Shown here one piece after another: positions 1 to 10,194 of a DNA stretch of 64,000 bases. Source of the stretch: Myxococcota bacterium (lineage in GTDB: Bacteria > Myxococcota_A > UBA796 > CAJQPC01). How positions within the stretch are numbered: the stretch's first letter is position 1; the number at the start of each line of letters is the position of its first letter. A model generated the notes under the pieces. The model searched no databases. It was not told where the DNA came from and saw only the letters and a list, made by a program, of their open reading frames with translations. A program made the position numbers and the translations under genes. The stretch covers positions 160,001 through 224,000 of the forward strand of contig DASCPX010000027.1 of the NCBI GenBank assembly GCA_036012755.1. The letters are read 5' to 3'.

Positions 1-630
1 CTGGCGCCGCACTGGTACGCCAACATGTTCGGTGGCTGGTTCTTCGCCAGCTGTTTCTGGCTCACGATGATCGCGCTGGGGCTCTTCAGCCTGGCCATGC
101 GTGGATGGATGGGCATCAAGCACCTGCTGAAGCCCGGCATGTACCACGACCTCGGCCAGCTGATCTTCGCCTTCTGCATCATCTGGACGTACATGTTCTT
201 CGCTCAGCTGCTGCCCATCTGGTACGGCAACATGACGGAGGAGATCGGCTTCCTGCTGGTCCGGATGACACTCGAACCCTGGAACGACCTCGCCAAGGTC
301 GTCGGGTGCATGTGCTTCCTGATCCCCTTCGGGACGCTGCTGTCGCGTGGCATCAAGAAGATGCCGCTGGGCTTCGCCATCGTGCTGGCGGTCCCGGCGA
401 TCGGGATCGCGCTCGAGCGCTTCCTCGTCGCAGCCCCGAGCGTCTGGATGGGTGACACGATCCCGCTCGGCCCCGGAGAGGTCGCCATCTTCGCCGGTTT
501 CCTGGGCGCCTTTGTCCTGGTCGTCAGCAAGTACGTCTCCAGCGTGCCCCCGGTCCCCGTGACCGACCCCTACATGCTTCCGCACCCGAACGACATCCAC
601 GTGCACTCGCGGGACGCTGCCCACCACTGA
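1..630 (+). CDS. actF: Alternative complex III ActF-like membrane subunit (5' truncated by window edge)
   Basis: Frame is open from base 1; polytopic; HWY, HDLGQLIFAFCIIWTYMFFAQLLPIWYGNMTEE matches the ActF/NrfD-like signature. Confidence 0.75.
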   Translation: MAPHWYANMFGGWFFASCFWLTMIALGLFSLAMRGWMGIKHLLKPGMYHDLGQLIFAFCIIWTYMFFAQLLPIWYGNMTEEIGFLLVRMTLEPWNDLAKVVGCMCFLIPFGTLLSRGIKKMPLGFAIVLAVPAIGIALERFLVAAPSVWMGDTIPLGPGEVAIFAGFLGAFVLVVSKYVSSVPPVPVTDPYMLPHPNDIHVHSRDAAHH

Positions 631-666
631 GATCGACTGCGGGGCCCGACGGTGCGGGCTCGGCGA

Positions 667-2373
667 TCAGACGATCGGGCGACGCTTCTTCGCCTGGGCC
701 CGGACCGCGAGCATCGAGCGCGCCCGATCCAGCCCCGTTCGGTACTTCATCTCGTCAGGGACGAGGTCCGCTGCCTTGGCGTAGCAGTCGATGGCCAGAG
801 GCTTGTCCTTGACCCTCATCGCAGCCTCGCCCTTCTTCGCGAGGGCGACGGCCGCCTTGGCGATCAGCTCCTCCCCGACGATGGCCGAGCGCGCACTCCT
901 GCGGGCCTCCGCGTCGCCCAGCTCCTCGAGCGCGGTGGCCAGCCGGGCGTTGATCGTCGTGAGCGCTTCGGTGAGCTCGCTCGGGACCTCTCCGAACACG
1001 AGCGGGTCGTAGCGGTTCTTCAGCTTCTTGTGTGCGGCCTCGACCCCTTTCGTCGTGATGATCCAGTGGACCTCGAGCACGTCGAAGGCGTTGGCTCCCT
1101 GGACCTTTTCGCGCTTCTTCAAGATCGGACCGCGGATACGCCTCACCTTCCGCTCGAGGTCCTCGCCCTCGCCGAAGTCGATGAAGCCCATCTCGTTCAG
1201 GGCCCAGATCGTTCCAGCTGTGCCGGCCTTCGTCATCGGAGTGATCGAGAACAGCTTGCGAACCCGGAGCGGCTGCGGTTGGCTGACCAGCTCCAGCAGC
1301 TTGCGCTCCTGGTCGTCCCACGCGAAGCCTGCCAGGATCTGGCGCGCGCTGGCCCGGACGCTGATGTGGTTCTCCAGCCGCGGTCGGAGCATCGTGTAGA
1401 GCTTCTCGGAGGTGACATTCCGAGCGTGGTTCATCATGGCGCGGAACAGGACCTCTGGCACGTTGACGGGCGGGATCGCGAAGCGCTGCGGGAACTGGTC
1501 CACCGGGAAGAAGGCCCAGACACCGTCGTGAGTGCGAAGGACCATCTGGAAGATGAACTCGCACTGCCGCTTGAGCACAGCCGGGATCTGCCCAGGGGTC
1601 AACAACCCCATTCGAACCAGCGCCTCGCCCTGCTTGCAGCCCTCGCTGTCCATGATGTCGAGGGCCTGTTGGACGTGCTCGTCGCTGACCTTCTCGGCCT
1701 TCTTGAGCAGACCCCCCAAGGTCTCCTCCTCGTCGAGGGGCTCGCGTCGCCAGCCGACGGGACCGCCGTCCACCCAGAAGCCATAGCGCTGGACACCGTC
1801 CTCCTGGATCACCGTGAGCAGCCCGGTGGTCTGGTTGACGGCGATGTCCACCAGGAAGCTCCGCAGGCCACGGCCAGCGAGCGAACCCTGCGCCATCGGC
1901 GCCTGATCGAGCACATCCGGGATCTCGTAGCCGTAGGTCCGCCGCCGCGCGACGTACTGGTCATCGACGGCCTCTTCGGTCGGCGCCGCGACGGCGGGTG
2001 CGGGAACGACCCGCTCGACGATGACCTCCCTGACCTCGCCGGGGAGGACGACCTCGCCCAGATCGAGCAGGTGCTGCCTGACGCGCTCGATCGTCTGGAA
2101 GACGCTCTCGACCGCCTCGGCCACGTTGTCTGGCCAGTCCGGGACCTGAGCGGCGGTGTCGCCGTTGTCCAACACGCGGAGCACGTTGCAGCGGACCGGC
2201 CCCACGCGTCCTCGGAAGGGCAGCACGAGGTCCAGGTTGAACTGGAGCGCGAGCTCGTCGCCATCGATCGAGTCGGCGGGGACGACCACCGTGTCGTTGT
2301 CGAGGTGTTCCTCGTACTCCCGCAGGAATGTGTCGAGGTCAGAAAGGTCCCATGAGGTCGCTCGAACGGCCAT
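667..2373 (-). CDS. Multidomain protein: PilZ-like N-terminus, DUF4388, degenerate J-domain, C-terminal TPR
   Basis: GSLAGRGLRSFLVDIAVNQTTGLLTV (DUF4388-like); AFDVLEV...AHKKLKNRYDP (J-like, HPD replaced by YDP); LAIDCYAKAADLVPD (TPR). Confidence 0.6.
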   Translation of the reverse strand: MAVRATSWDLSDLDTFLREYEEHLDNDTVVVPADSIDGDELALQFNLDLVLPFRGRVGPVRCNVLRVLDNGDTAAQVPDWPDNVAEAVESVFQTIERVRQHLLDLGEVVLPGEVREVIVERVVPAPAVAAPTEEAVDDQYVARRRTYGYEIPDVLDQAPMAQGSLAGRGLRSFLVDIAVNQTTGLLTVIQEDGVQRYGFWVDGGPVGWRREPLDEEETLGGLLKKAEKVSDEHVQQALDIMDSEGCKQGEALVRMGLLTPGQIPAVLKRQCEFIFQMVLRTHDGVWAFFPVDQFPQRFAIPPVNVPEVLFRAMMNHARNVTSEKLYTMLRPRLENHISVRASARQILAGFAWDDQERKLLELVSQPQPLRVRKLFSITPMTKAGTAGTIWALNEMGFIDFGEGEDLERKVRRIRGPILKKREKVQGANAFDVLEVHWIITTKGVEAAHKKLKNRYDPLVFGEVPSELTEALTTINARLATALEELGDAEARRSARSAIVGEELIAKAAVALAKKGEAAMRVKDKPLAIDCYAKAADLVPDEMKYRTGLDRARSMLAVRAQAKKRRPIV

Positions 2374-3294
2374 TCAACGCTCCCGAGTGCCCAGAATGCC
2401 ATCCCGAAGCGCACGCCAGACAGGGATCTTGCCGGATCCGTCAGGCAGATCGACCACGTAGCGCGGCAGGGCGACGCCCGAGACGCGGCGCGCGAGGCCA
2501 TCGTGGAGCGCGAGGCCGTCGTTGGCGTCGACCCGGAACCGGGCGTTTCCAGCCGCGTGATCGGTGTGGTGCAGGTAGTAGGGAAAGACGCGCAGCCCGA
2601 CGAGCTCTTCGCAGAGGCGCTGGAGTACATCCACGTCGTCATTGACGCCCGAGAGCAGCACCGCCTGGTTGAGCACCGGCAGTCCAGCCCCGACGAGGCG
2701 TGAGAGGGAGCTCCGCACGGATGGGCTCAGTTCTCGAGGGTGGTTGCAGTGCACGAGCACCCACGTGGGACCCCGCCGGGCCAACCCCTCGACGAGTTCG
2801 TCGGTGACGCGCTCAGGCGCGGCGATCGGCGCGCGAGTGTGGATGCGCGTGATGGGGAGCCCGACCTCGTCGATGGCGCGGAAGACCAGCTCGTCCCTCA
2901 CGGCGAGGGGGTCTCCGCCGCTCAGGATCAGCTCACGCGCTCCGCTGCGGCGACAGACTCCCAGGGCCTGCTCGAGCTCCGCCGGGTCCGGGTCGAGGCG
3001 CCCGGCGTGGTCGTTGCGCCGGAAACAGTACCGGCAGTAGGCATGACAGCGACGGGTGAGCATCAGCAGTACACGGTCCGGGTGCTTCTGGACCACCCAG
3101 GGAGTCGGCCTCGAGCGCCGCTCCCCCACCGGGTCGACGAGCCCCTCGGGATCTGGTTCGAGCTCGGACGCAGCGGGTAGGACCTGCAGGCCCATGGGGT
3201 CCTCAGGGTCATCGACGAGCCCGAACCAGGAGCGCGGAACCCGCACGGGAAAGCGGGCGTCCACCGCGCTCCAGAGCTCGGGATCGATGCCCAT
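2374..3294 (-). CDS. epmB: KamA-family radical SAM lysine 2,3-aminomutase (EF-P beta-lysylation EpmB)
   Basis: CHAYCRYCFRR radical SAM motif, ILSGGDPL, NQAVLL, PYYLH; divergent from efp; start set at the ATG preceded by GGAGG (longest ORF starts at 3381). Confidence 0.85.
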   Translation of the reverse strand: MGIDPELWSAVDARFPVRVPRSWFGLVDDPEDPMGLQVLPAASELEPDPEGLVDPVGERRSRPTPWVVQKHPDRVLLMLTRRCHAYCRYCFRRNDHAGRLDPDPAELEQALGVCRRSGARELILSGGDPLAVRDELVFRAIDEVGLPITRIHTRAPIAAPERVTDELVEGLARRGPTWVLVHCNHPRELSPSVRSSLSRLVGAGLPVLNQAVLLSGVNDDVDVLQRLCEELVGLRVFPYYLHHTDHAAGNARFRVDANDGLALHDGLARRVSGVALPRYVVDLPDGSGKIPVWRALRDGILGTRER

Positions 3295-3379
3295 CCTCCG
3301 AGATGCCTCCAGCCGGCCGACCGTGGGCGAAGGCCGCTCCACGGGATACGGAACGGTGATTTCTGACCGAGGCCGAGAC

Positions 3380-3955
3380 ATGGCGTCCTACTACCAGACT
3401 TCGGATTTCCGTAACGGGCTCAAGGTCGTCGTCGATGGCTATCCCTACGTGGTGACGTACTTCCAGTTCGTGAAGCCAGGCAAGGGCACGGCCTTCACAC
3501 GGACGAAGCTGAAGAACCTCATCAACGGCAACGTCATCGAGCGCACCTACCGCACGGGCGAGAGCTTGGAGCAGGCGGACTGCGAGGAGCGTCCGATGCA
3601 GTACCAGTACCAGGACGACGACATCTTCTACTTCATGGACATGGAGTCCTTCGAGACGATCGGCATCGGGGAGGAGTTCCTCGGCGGGGCCGAGAAGTAC
3701 CTGCTCGACGCGCTCGAGGTCCAGGTGATGGTCTACAACGGGCGTCCGGTCGGCATCGAGCTTCCGAACTTCATCGAGGCCGAGATCACCCACTGCGAGC
3801 CAGGGGTCAAGGGCAACACGGCACAGGGCGCGACCAAGCCGGCGACCATCTCCTGCGGCGCGACGGTCCAGGTCCCGCTCTTCGTCGAGCGAGGCGAGAT
3901 CATCAAGGTCGACACCCGTGATGGCGGCAAGTACGTCAGCCGCGTCCGGAACTAG
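3380..3955 (+). CDS. efp: Elongation factor P
   Basis: MASYYQTSDFRNGLK...VKPGKGTAFTRTKLKN, PGVKGNTA, VPLFV; PGKG Lys loop. Confidence 0.97.
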   Translation: MASYYQTSDFRNGLKVVVDGYPYVVTYFQFVKPGKGTAFTRTKLKNLINGNVIERTYRTGESLEQADCEERPMQYQYQDDDIFYFMDMESFETIGIGEEFLGGAEKYLLDALEVQVMVYNGRPVGIELPNFIEAEITHCEPGVKGNTAQGATKPATISCGATVQVPLFVERGEIIKVDTRDGGKYVSRVRN

Positions 3956-4766
3956 CATTCCCCGGGCAGAGGTCCTGCGGGCGCGCGCCCACATCATCCG
4001 GAGCATCCGCGAGTGGTTCTGGGGCAGCGGCTTCCTCGAGGTCGAGGCGCCGACGCTCGTGCGCAGTCCGGCGATGGAAGAACACCTGGAGGCCTTCCGA
4101 GTGGGCGAGCGCTTCCTCCACACCTCGCCCGAGTTCGCGCTCAAGCGCGTGCTCGCGGCTGGACTGCCGCGCATCTTCTCCCTGGGGCCCTGCTACCGAG
4201 ACGAGGAGTGGGGTCCGCTCCACGGACACGAGTTCACGATGCTGGAGTGGTACCGGGTGGGATGCGGCTACGAAGGCATCGCCAGCGACCTCGTCGGGCT
4301 GCTCGGCGCCCTGGGAATACCCGAGCCCGTCCGTGTGACGGTGCGCGAGGCCTTTGTCGCCGTTGGGGGGCGACCAGAGGACCCCATCGAGGCCCAGCGG
4401 ACCTGGGTCAACGACGTCGAGCAGCGCTTCCAGCGTCCGACGCTGGTCTTCGACTACCCGGCGGACGAAGCCGCCCTGTCCGAGCTGCGTGGTGAGCATG
4501 CCGAGCGCTTCGAGCTGTACTGGAAGGGCGTAGAGCTCGCCAACGCCTTCACCGAGTTGCGCGATCCCACCGAGCTGCTGGAGCGCTGGGCCAAGAACAA
4601 CGCTCGGCGGCGGGCGGCAGGCAGAGCCCCCCACCCCGTCGATGCCCGCCTGGTGGAAGCCGTCGCCCGCCATCCCCGCGCCGGTGGCATCGCGCTCGGG
4701 ATCGACCGGCTGGTGATGCTGCTGCTCGGCGAAGACGACATCGAGCGGGTCCGCGTGTGTGGCTGA
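3918..4766 (+). CDS. epmA: EF-P lysine aminoacylase (PoxA/GenX); true start uncertain
   Basis: FLEVEAP, LHTSPEFALKR, EFTMLEWYR, ERFELY, ELANAF, GGIALGIDRL; directly after efp. Confidence 0.9.
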   Translation: MMAASTSAASGTSIPRAEVLRARAHIIRSIREWFWGSGFLEVEAPTLVRSPAMEEHLEAFRVGERFLHTSPEFALKRVLAAGLPRIFSLGPCYRDEEWGPLHGHEFTMLEWYRVGCGYEGIASDLVGLLGALGIPEPVRVTVREAFVAVGGRPEDPIEAQRTWVNDVEQRFQRPTLVFDYPADEAALSELRGEHAERFELYWKGVELANAFTELRDPTELLERWAKNNARRRAAGRAPHPVDARLVEAVARHPRAGGIALGIDRLVMLLLGEDDIERVRVCG

Positions 4767-5389
4767 TCATCGCCTGTGGCCAGGTGCCGGAGAGCGATGG
4801 CCGGCGCTTTGTCCGCCAGCTCGGCGGCAGCCCGGAGGCCTGCGCCGCGATCGACGACGCTCGCCTGCGGGGCCACTGCCAGCTCGCCAACGGCGCTGCC
4901 TGCGAGGAGGTCGAAGTGGGCCCCTGGCAGGACGAGTGCTGGTTCAGCCTGGCCGAGCACATCGTCGATGATGACGAGGCAGTCTCGACCTGCACCAAGG
5001 CCGGCCTCTACGCAGGCGACTGCTTGACGCACCTGTTCAAGGCCCAGGTCGACGACGACCTCGCAGCCGCCGAAGCCCTGGAGATGCACTACGACGAGCT
5101 CGGGGCTGGCGACTGGGAGCCCCCTTGGGGATGGTGGTGGCGGCGGCATCACCAGCGAGCGCCGCGCCTGGACCGCAGCTGCGCCGAGCTGTCCCCGCCA
5201 CAGACGCGCCGCTGCCTGCGCGAGGCCATCCCCGCCCTTCGCCTCGCCTACCGGTCGGCCCTGTCCGAGCGCCCCCGCGAGCACTGCGGCCTCGCGCTGG
5301 AGGAACTCCGGAAAGGAAAGATCCCCTGGGTCGCGGACACAGAGCTGGACGCGGTCGTCGTCGAGGAGCTCGAGGCCGCCTGCCCCTAG
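4757..5389 (+). CDS. Cys-rich putative lipoprotein
   Basis: GTG start overlapping the epmA end; MWLIIA-C lipobox; many Cys. Confidence 0.6.
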   Translation: MWLIIACGQVPESDGRRFVRQLGGSPEACAAIDDARLRGHCQLANGAACEEVEVGPWQDECWFSLAEHIVDDDEAVSTCTKAGLYAGDCLTHLFKAQVDDDLAAAEALEMHYDELGAGDWEPPWGWWWRRHHQRAPRLDRSCAELSPPQTRRCLREAIPALRLAYRSALSERPREHCGLALEELRKGKIPWVADTELDAVVVEELEAACP

Positions 5390-7968
5390 GGGACCGCCGC
5401 TTCGCCCTCTATCAGCTGCTCGATCAGCGCCTCCATGAGCTCGACTTCGATCGGGCTCAGGCGGTACTCGATCTCCATGCCCTTCTCCTCGCCCGCTTGG
5501 AGAACGCGCTTGCGTGAGCTCCAGACGACGACGCCGTCGAGTCGGACGGGGTCGGCCTGCCCGGGCACGGCGATCTCGAAGGTGCACTCGCGACCCTCCT
5601 TCAGCGGCTTCTCGGCCTTGATGAAGGTGCGCCCGCGGTCGAGGTTCTCCCGGTACTCGCGAACGAAGGCGGTCGTCGTCCGGTAGCTGATCTTCAGGCG
5701 CGCCGGCTTTCGTGCGCGGACCCGAGGCTCCGGCTCGGGGATCGGATCCGGCTCGATCTCGGGCAGATCCTCCTCAGGCGTCTCGGCGTAGAGGTCCTCT
5801 GGGTAGAAGAGGTCCTCCTCCAAGAGCGCCGGCCGCAGCTCGTCACCGTCGATCGGAGCAAGGTCGTCGTCGGCCAGCTCGGAGACGGCGCCGTTGGCCT
5901 GGTTCTCCTCGGGAGGGGCGAGGTAGCCGAGGGCATCCGTCGGGAGTTCCTCCGCCTCGTCGTCCACCAGGTTGACACCCATCTCCTCATCGAAGTCCAG
6001 GAGCGAGGGATCGACCTCGGCTGGCTCCGGGTCGAAGTCGCCGTAGTCGATCAGATCGTCGGGGGTCTCGTCAAAGACCGCCGCGAGGTCGTCCGCATCG
6101 ATCCTGGCGGGCTCGGTGGATCCCCCAGCCACGACCGCGGCCGGCTCGGGTCGGGGCTCCTCCTCGAACGGCTGGATGTCCGAGGCATCGAGGGTGGGCA
6201 TCTCGATCGCCAGCTTGGTCCTGCGAGCCTGCTCCGGAGGCGGCTCCGGGATCTCGATGGCGGGGGCAGCGGGCTCGCCATCCGGCAGATCGATGCTGGC
6301 CGGATCTCCAGTGTCCTCCTCCTTTGTGCCGAAGATGCTGGAGAAGAAACCGGCCTTCTGCCTGGGCTCTCCAGCGACCGCGGGGGGGCCGATCCCTTGC
6401 GCCAGCCTGGCCTCCCTGACGACGCGGGCAGCCTCGACCGTCTCCGAATCCGGGAGGTGGGGTTCGTTAACGCGATCACCGTAGTTGCGGATGACCAGTT
6501 GCTTTCGCTCCCCGGTGAGCCGATCGACGGCGGTGGTGTGGAGCATTCCGTTGGCGTCGATCCGGAAGGTCACGTCGATCTTCCGTTCCATTCGCGCAGC
6601 GGTGCGTAGGCCGTCGAGGATGAACTCGCCGAGGCGCTCACACTCCTCCGCCACGCGGGAGGTGCCCTGGCGGACCGTGATGCGCGCACGCTCCTGGTCC
6701 TCGTTCGCGGTCGTGAAGACCCTGGTCTTGGTGAAGGGGATGCGGGTGTTTCGTTCGATGACTGTCGTGAAGAAGCCGCCCGCTGAGTCGATGCCGAGAT
6801 CGAAGGGGGTGACGTCGATGAGCAGCGTCGTCCCGATCTCCGGCTCGTCCAGAGACTGGGCGTGGACCGCCGCGCCGATAGCGACGACCTCCTCCGGGTG
6901 GACGGACCTGGAGGGCTCACGACCAAAGAGCGCCGAGATGGCCTCTCGTACGCGGGGCATCCGAGTCTGGCCACCGACGAGCACGACATCGTCGATCTGC
7001 CCGATCTGGAGCCCGGCCATGGCCACGGCCTCCTTCGTGATCTCGACGGTCTTGTCGATGAGATCGCTGACGAGCTCCTCGAGCTGCGTCCGGGTGAGCT
7101 CGTACTCCAGGTTGCGAGTGGCTGTTATGCGCGGGACGAGCACCGTGACCTTGTCGGCGAACGACAGCTCGCACTTCGCGCGCTCTGAGGCGTCCTTGAG
7201 CCGCTGGAGGGCCGTGACGTCCTCGCGGAGATCCTCGCGGTGGTCTGCGAGGAAGCGATCGGCGAGCCACTCGACGATGCGCAGGTCCAGGTCCTCTCCA
7301 CCAAGGTAGGTGTCGCCAGAGGTCGCGAGGACCTCGTAGACTCCGCTGGAGAGGTGGAGCACCGAGACGTCGAAGGTGCCACCGCCGAGGTCGAAGATGG
7401 CGACGCTGCGCTCGATGTCCTTTCGGAAGCCGTAGGCAAGGGCCGCGGCTGTGGGCTCGTTGAGCAGCCGGTCGCACCGGAGGCCCGCCATCTCCGCGGC
7501 CTTCATCGTCGCGGCGCGCTGGGAGTGGTTGAAGTAGGCGGGCACGGTGATCACGGCCTCGTCCACCGGCTCGCCGAGCGCCTTCTCGGCGATCTGTCGG
7601 GCCACCTTGAGGATGATGGCGTGCACCTCGATCGGCGACATGACGTTGTCGCCGATGGTGACGTGAGCCTCGCCGTTGGGCCCTTCTACGACCTGGTAGT
7701 GCATGCGCCTGGAGGTGTCTTGAGCCTGGCGCGAGTCGAAGGTGCGCCCGATCAGCCGCTTGGCGGCGTAGACCGTGTTGTGGGGGTCGGTCAAGATGCG
7801 GTTCTTGGCCGCTTGTCCAACCACGAAGCTCCCGTCGTCCTTCTGACAGACGACGCTCGGGAGCACCTTGTAGCCTTTCCCGTCCTCAAGGACCTTGGGG
7901 CGTCCCTTCATGAACACGGCCACGGCCGTGTTCGTGGTGCCCAGATCGATCCCGATGGTCCTGCCCAA
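5386..7968 (-). CDS. Hsp70/DnaK-family chaperone with acidic linker and C-terminal PilZ-like (TIGR02266-type) domain
   Basis: GIDLGTTN, TVPAYF, NEPTAAALAYG, DLGGGTFDVS, LVGGQTRMP; C-terminal RKPARLKISY..FVREYRENL..GVVVW..GMEIEY; TTG start with GGAG SD. Confidence 0.88.
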   Translation of the reverse strand: MGRTIGIDLGTTNTAVAVFMKGRPKVLEDGKGYKVLPSVVCQKDDGSFVVGQAAKNRILTDPHNTVYAAKRLIGRTFDSRQAQDTSRRMHYQVVEGPNGEAHVTIGDNVMSPIEVHAIILKVARQIAEKALGEPVDEAVITVPAYFNHSQRAATMKAAEMAGLRCDRLLNEPTAAALAYGFRKDIERSVAIFDLGGGTFDVSVLHLSSGVYEVLATSGDTYLGGEDLDLRIVEWLADRFLADHREDLREDVTALQRLKDASERAKCELSFADKVTVLVPRITATRNLEYELTRTQLEELVSDLIDKTVEITKEAVAMAGLQIGQIDDVVLVGGQTRMPRVREAISALFGREPSRSVHPEEVVAIGAAVHAQSLDEPEIGTTLLIDVTPFDLGIDSAGGFFTTVIERNTRIPFTKTRVFTTANEDQERARITVRQGTSRVAEECERLGEFILDGLRTAARMERKIDVTFRIDANGMLHTTAVDRLTGERKQLVIRNYGDRVNEPHLPDSETVEAARVVREARLAQGIGPPAVAGEPRQKAGFFSSIFGTKEEDTGDPASIDLPDGEPAAPAIEIPEPPPEQARRTKLAIEMPTLDASDIQPFEEEPRPEPAAVVAGGSTEPARIDADDLAAVFDETPDDLIDYGDFDPEPAEVDPSLLDFDEEMGVNLVDDEAEELPTDALGYLAPPEENQANGAVSELADDDLAPIDGDELRPALLEEDLFYPEDLYAETPEEDLPEIEPDPIPEPEPRVRARKPARLKISYRTTTAFVREYRENLDRGRTFIKAEKPLKEGRECTFEIAVPGQADPVRLDGVVVWSSRKRVLQAGEEKGMEIEYRLSPIEVELMEALIEQLIEGEAAVP

Positions 7969-7997
7969 AAGGCTCTCTCCAGCCAAAGTGCAGCAGA

Positions 7998-9395
7998 CTA
8001 TACCGCGTCACTCTCCTCTGACCGAAACAGCGGAAGCTGCGGCGTGTCGACCCCGGGTCTCGGCGGAATCGGGTAGCGACCGCTGAAGCAGGCGTCACAG
8101 TAGCTCCCGCTGTCCTCGCCCAGCTCGGCGTGCAGCGCCTCCATAGGCAGATACGCGAGACTGTCGGCGCCGATGTGCGCTCGGGTCTCCTCGATGTCGA
8201 GCCGGTGAGCGATCAACTCTTCCTGGGTTGGAGTGTCCACCCCGTAGAAACAGCTCGCGATGATGGGCGGGGAGCAGATGCGGAGGTGCACCTCAGCAGC
8301 TCCGGCCGCCCTCAGGAGCCGCACGATCTTGCGTGAGGTGGTGCCGCGGACGATGGAGTCGTCGATTACGACCAGGCGCTTCCCCTCGATCACGGAACGA
8401 ACCGGTGAGAGCTTCAACTTCACGCCGAAGTCGCGAATCTGCTGGCTCGGCTCGATGAAGGTGCGCCCGACGTAGTGGCTCCGGATGAGGCCCTGCTTGA
8501 AGGTGAGCTTCGACTCGAAGGCGTAGCCGAGGGCGGCCGGCGTGCCGCTGTCGGGGACCGGAAGGGCGACGTCCGCCTCGACGGGGGCGGAGCGGGCGAG
8601 ACGTCTCCCCCACCCGAAGCGCGAGTCGTAGACGGGTCGTGAGAAGACGTCGCTGTTCGGTCGCGCGAAGTAGACGTGCTCGAAGACGCAGCTCTTGCGC
8701 TCGCGCCGCGGGAAGGGCGACAGTGACATCACGCGGCCGTCTTCGATGATGATCATCTCTCCGGGCTCGACTTCCCGCTCGACCGTGCCGCCGACGAGGT
8801 CCAGCGCGGTGGTCTCGCTGGCGATGATCCAGGCATCACCGAGGCGACCGAGCACGAGCGGGCGGAAGCCCATCGGGTCGCGCACGGCCACGAGTCGGTC
8901 CTCGGAGAGCAGCACCAGGCTGTAGGCACCCTCGACTTGCATGAGCGCGTCTACGAGGCGGTTGATGAAGGTGCCCTGGATGCTCGTCGCGACCAGGTGG
9001 AGGATGACCTCCGTGTCCGAAGAGGTGGCGAAGATCGAGCCGCGCGCTTCGAGTCGCCCGCGGATCTCGGCTGCGTTGACGAGGTTGCCGTTGTGGGCGA
9101 TGGCCACCTGCCCTTCCCGGTACCTGACCACGAAGGGCTGCACGTTGCGCAGGGACGACTCTCCGGAGGTCGAGTAGCGCACGTGCCCGATCGCGCTGGT
9201 GCCGGGGAGCTTGTCGAGCTCCTGGCCTCCGTAGACATCGCCGACCAGGCCCAGACCACGCCAGGCCCGCAGGCGCGTTCCGTCCCAGGTCGAGATGCCA
9301 GCCCCCTCCTGCCCGCGATGCTGGAGCGCGTGCAGGCCGAGGTAGGCGACCTTCGCGGCCTCGTCGTGACCGTGGATGCCGACGATGCCGCACAC
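7998..9395 (-). CDS. purF: Amidophosphoribosyltransferase
   Basis: MCGIVG N-terminal Cys, QHRGQE, GHVRYST, HNGNL, DDSIVRGTT. Confidence 0.97.
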   Translation of the reverse strand: MCGIVGIHGHDEAAKVAYLGLHALQHRGQEGAGISTWDGTRLRAWRGLGLVGDVYGGQELDKLPGTSAIGHVRYSTSGESSLRNVQPFVVRYREGQVAIAHNGNLVNAAEIRGRLEARGSIFATSSDTEVILHLVATSIQGTFINRLVDALMQVEGAYSLVLLSEDRLVAVRDPMGFRPLVLGRLGDAWIIASETTALDLVGGTVEREVEPGEMIIIEDGRVMSLSPFPRRERKSCVFEHVYFARPNSDVFSRPVYDSRFGWGRRLARSAPVEADVALPVPDSGTPAALGYAFESKLTFKQGLIRSHYVGRTFIEPSQQIRDFGVKLKLSPVRSVIEGKRLVVIDDSIVRGTTSRKIVRLLRAAGAAEVHLRICSPPIIASCFYGVDTPTQEELIAHRLDIEETRAHIGADSLAYLPMEALHAELGEDSGSYCDACFSGRYPIPPRPGVDTPQLPLFRSEESDAV

Positions 9396-9398
9396 GCT

Positions 9399-10133
9399 CT
9401 AGGCGCCGAGCTCGTGACCGAAGACGCGGCTGTAGAGCTCCCTGTAGGTCTCGCTCAGGTCACCGAGGTCGCGGCGGAAGACGTCCTTGTCGAGCTTTCT
9501 GCCCGTGCCCTTCTCCCAGAGACGGCAGCCGTCGGGTGTGATCTCGTCGGCGAGGAGGAGCTGACCGCTGGGGGTTCGGCCGAACTCGATCTTGAAGTCC
9601 ACCAGGTCCACGCCGAGCGGGTCCCAGAAGCCCAACAGCGCCGCGTTGACCTTCAGCGCTGCCATGCGGAAGTACTCGAGCTCCCACTGCTCGGCCCATC
9701 CGAACATGACCGCGTGCACATCCGACATCGCTGGATCGTCGAGCTCGTCGCTCTTGTAGAACCACTCCACCATCGGGTAGGGCAGCGGCTCGCCCTCCTC
9801 CCGTCCGAAGCGGCGAGCGGCCGAACCGGCGACGATGTTCCTGACGACGACCTCGACAGGGACGATCTCCACGCGATGGCAGAGCTGGTCGGTCGCGGAG
9901 AGCCGCTCGACCAGGTGGGTCGGGAGCCCTGTCTCGGCGGAGACGAAGTTCATCAGGTGCCAGCTGATCGCGGCGTTGACGCGGGCCTTGTCCGCGACGC
10001 GATCGAACTTCTTGCCGTTGAACGCAGTGGCGTCGTCCTTGTAGTGGAGGATGACGTGGTCGGGGGAGTCGGCGACGGCAAAGACCTGCTTGGACTTGCC
10101 CTCGCGAAGTAGCTGTCCGCGAGTGTGGCTCAT
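9399..10133 (-). CDS. purC: SAICAR synthetase
   Basis: EGKSK, KDDATAFNG, EVVVRN..AGS, LVDFKIEFG, LADEITPDGCRLW, DKDVFRRDLG. Confidence 0.96.
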   Translation of the reverse strand: MSHTRGQLLREGKSKQVFAVADSPDHVILHYKDDATAFNGKKFDRVADKARVNAAISWHLMNFVSAETGLPTHLVERLSATDQLCHRVEIVPVEVVVRNIVAGSAARRFGREEGEPLPYPMVEWFYKSDELDDPAMSDVHAVMFGWAEQWELEYFRMAALKVNAALLGFWDPLGVDLVDFKIEFGRTPSGQLLLADEITPDGCRLWEKGTGRKLDKDVFRRDLGDLSETYRELYSRVFGHELGA

Positions 10134-10194
10134 TGGGGCCTCCAGTGAGGTTCCTAGCGAGGAGCTCCGACTCGCGCGGTGACGGTCCTGTGAA

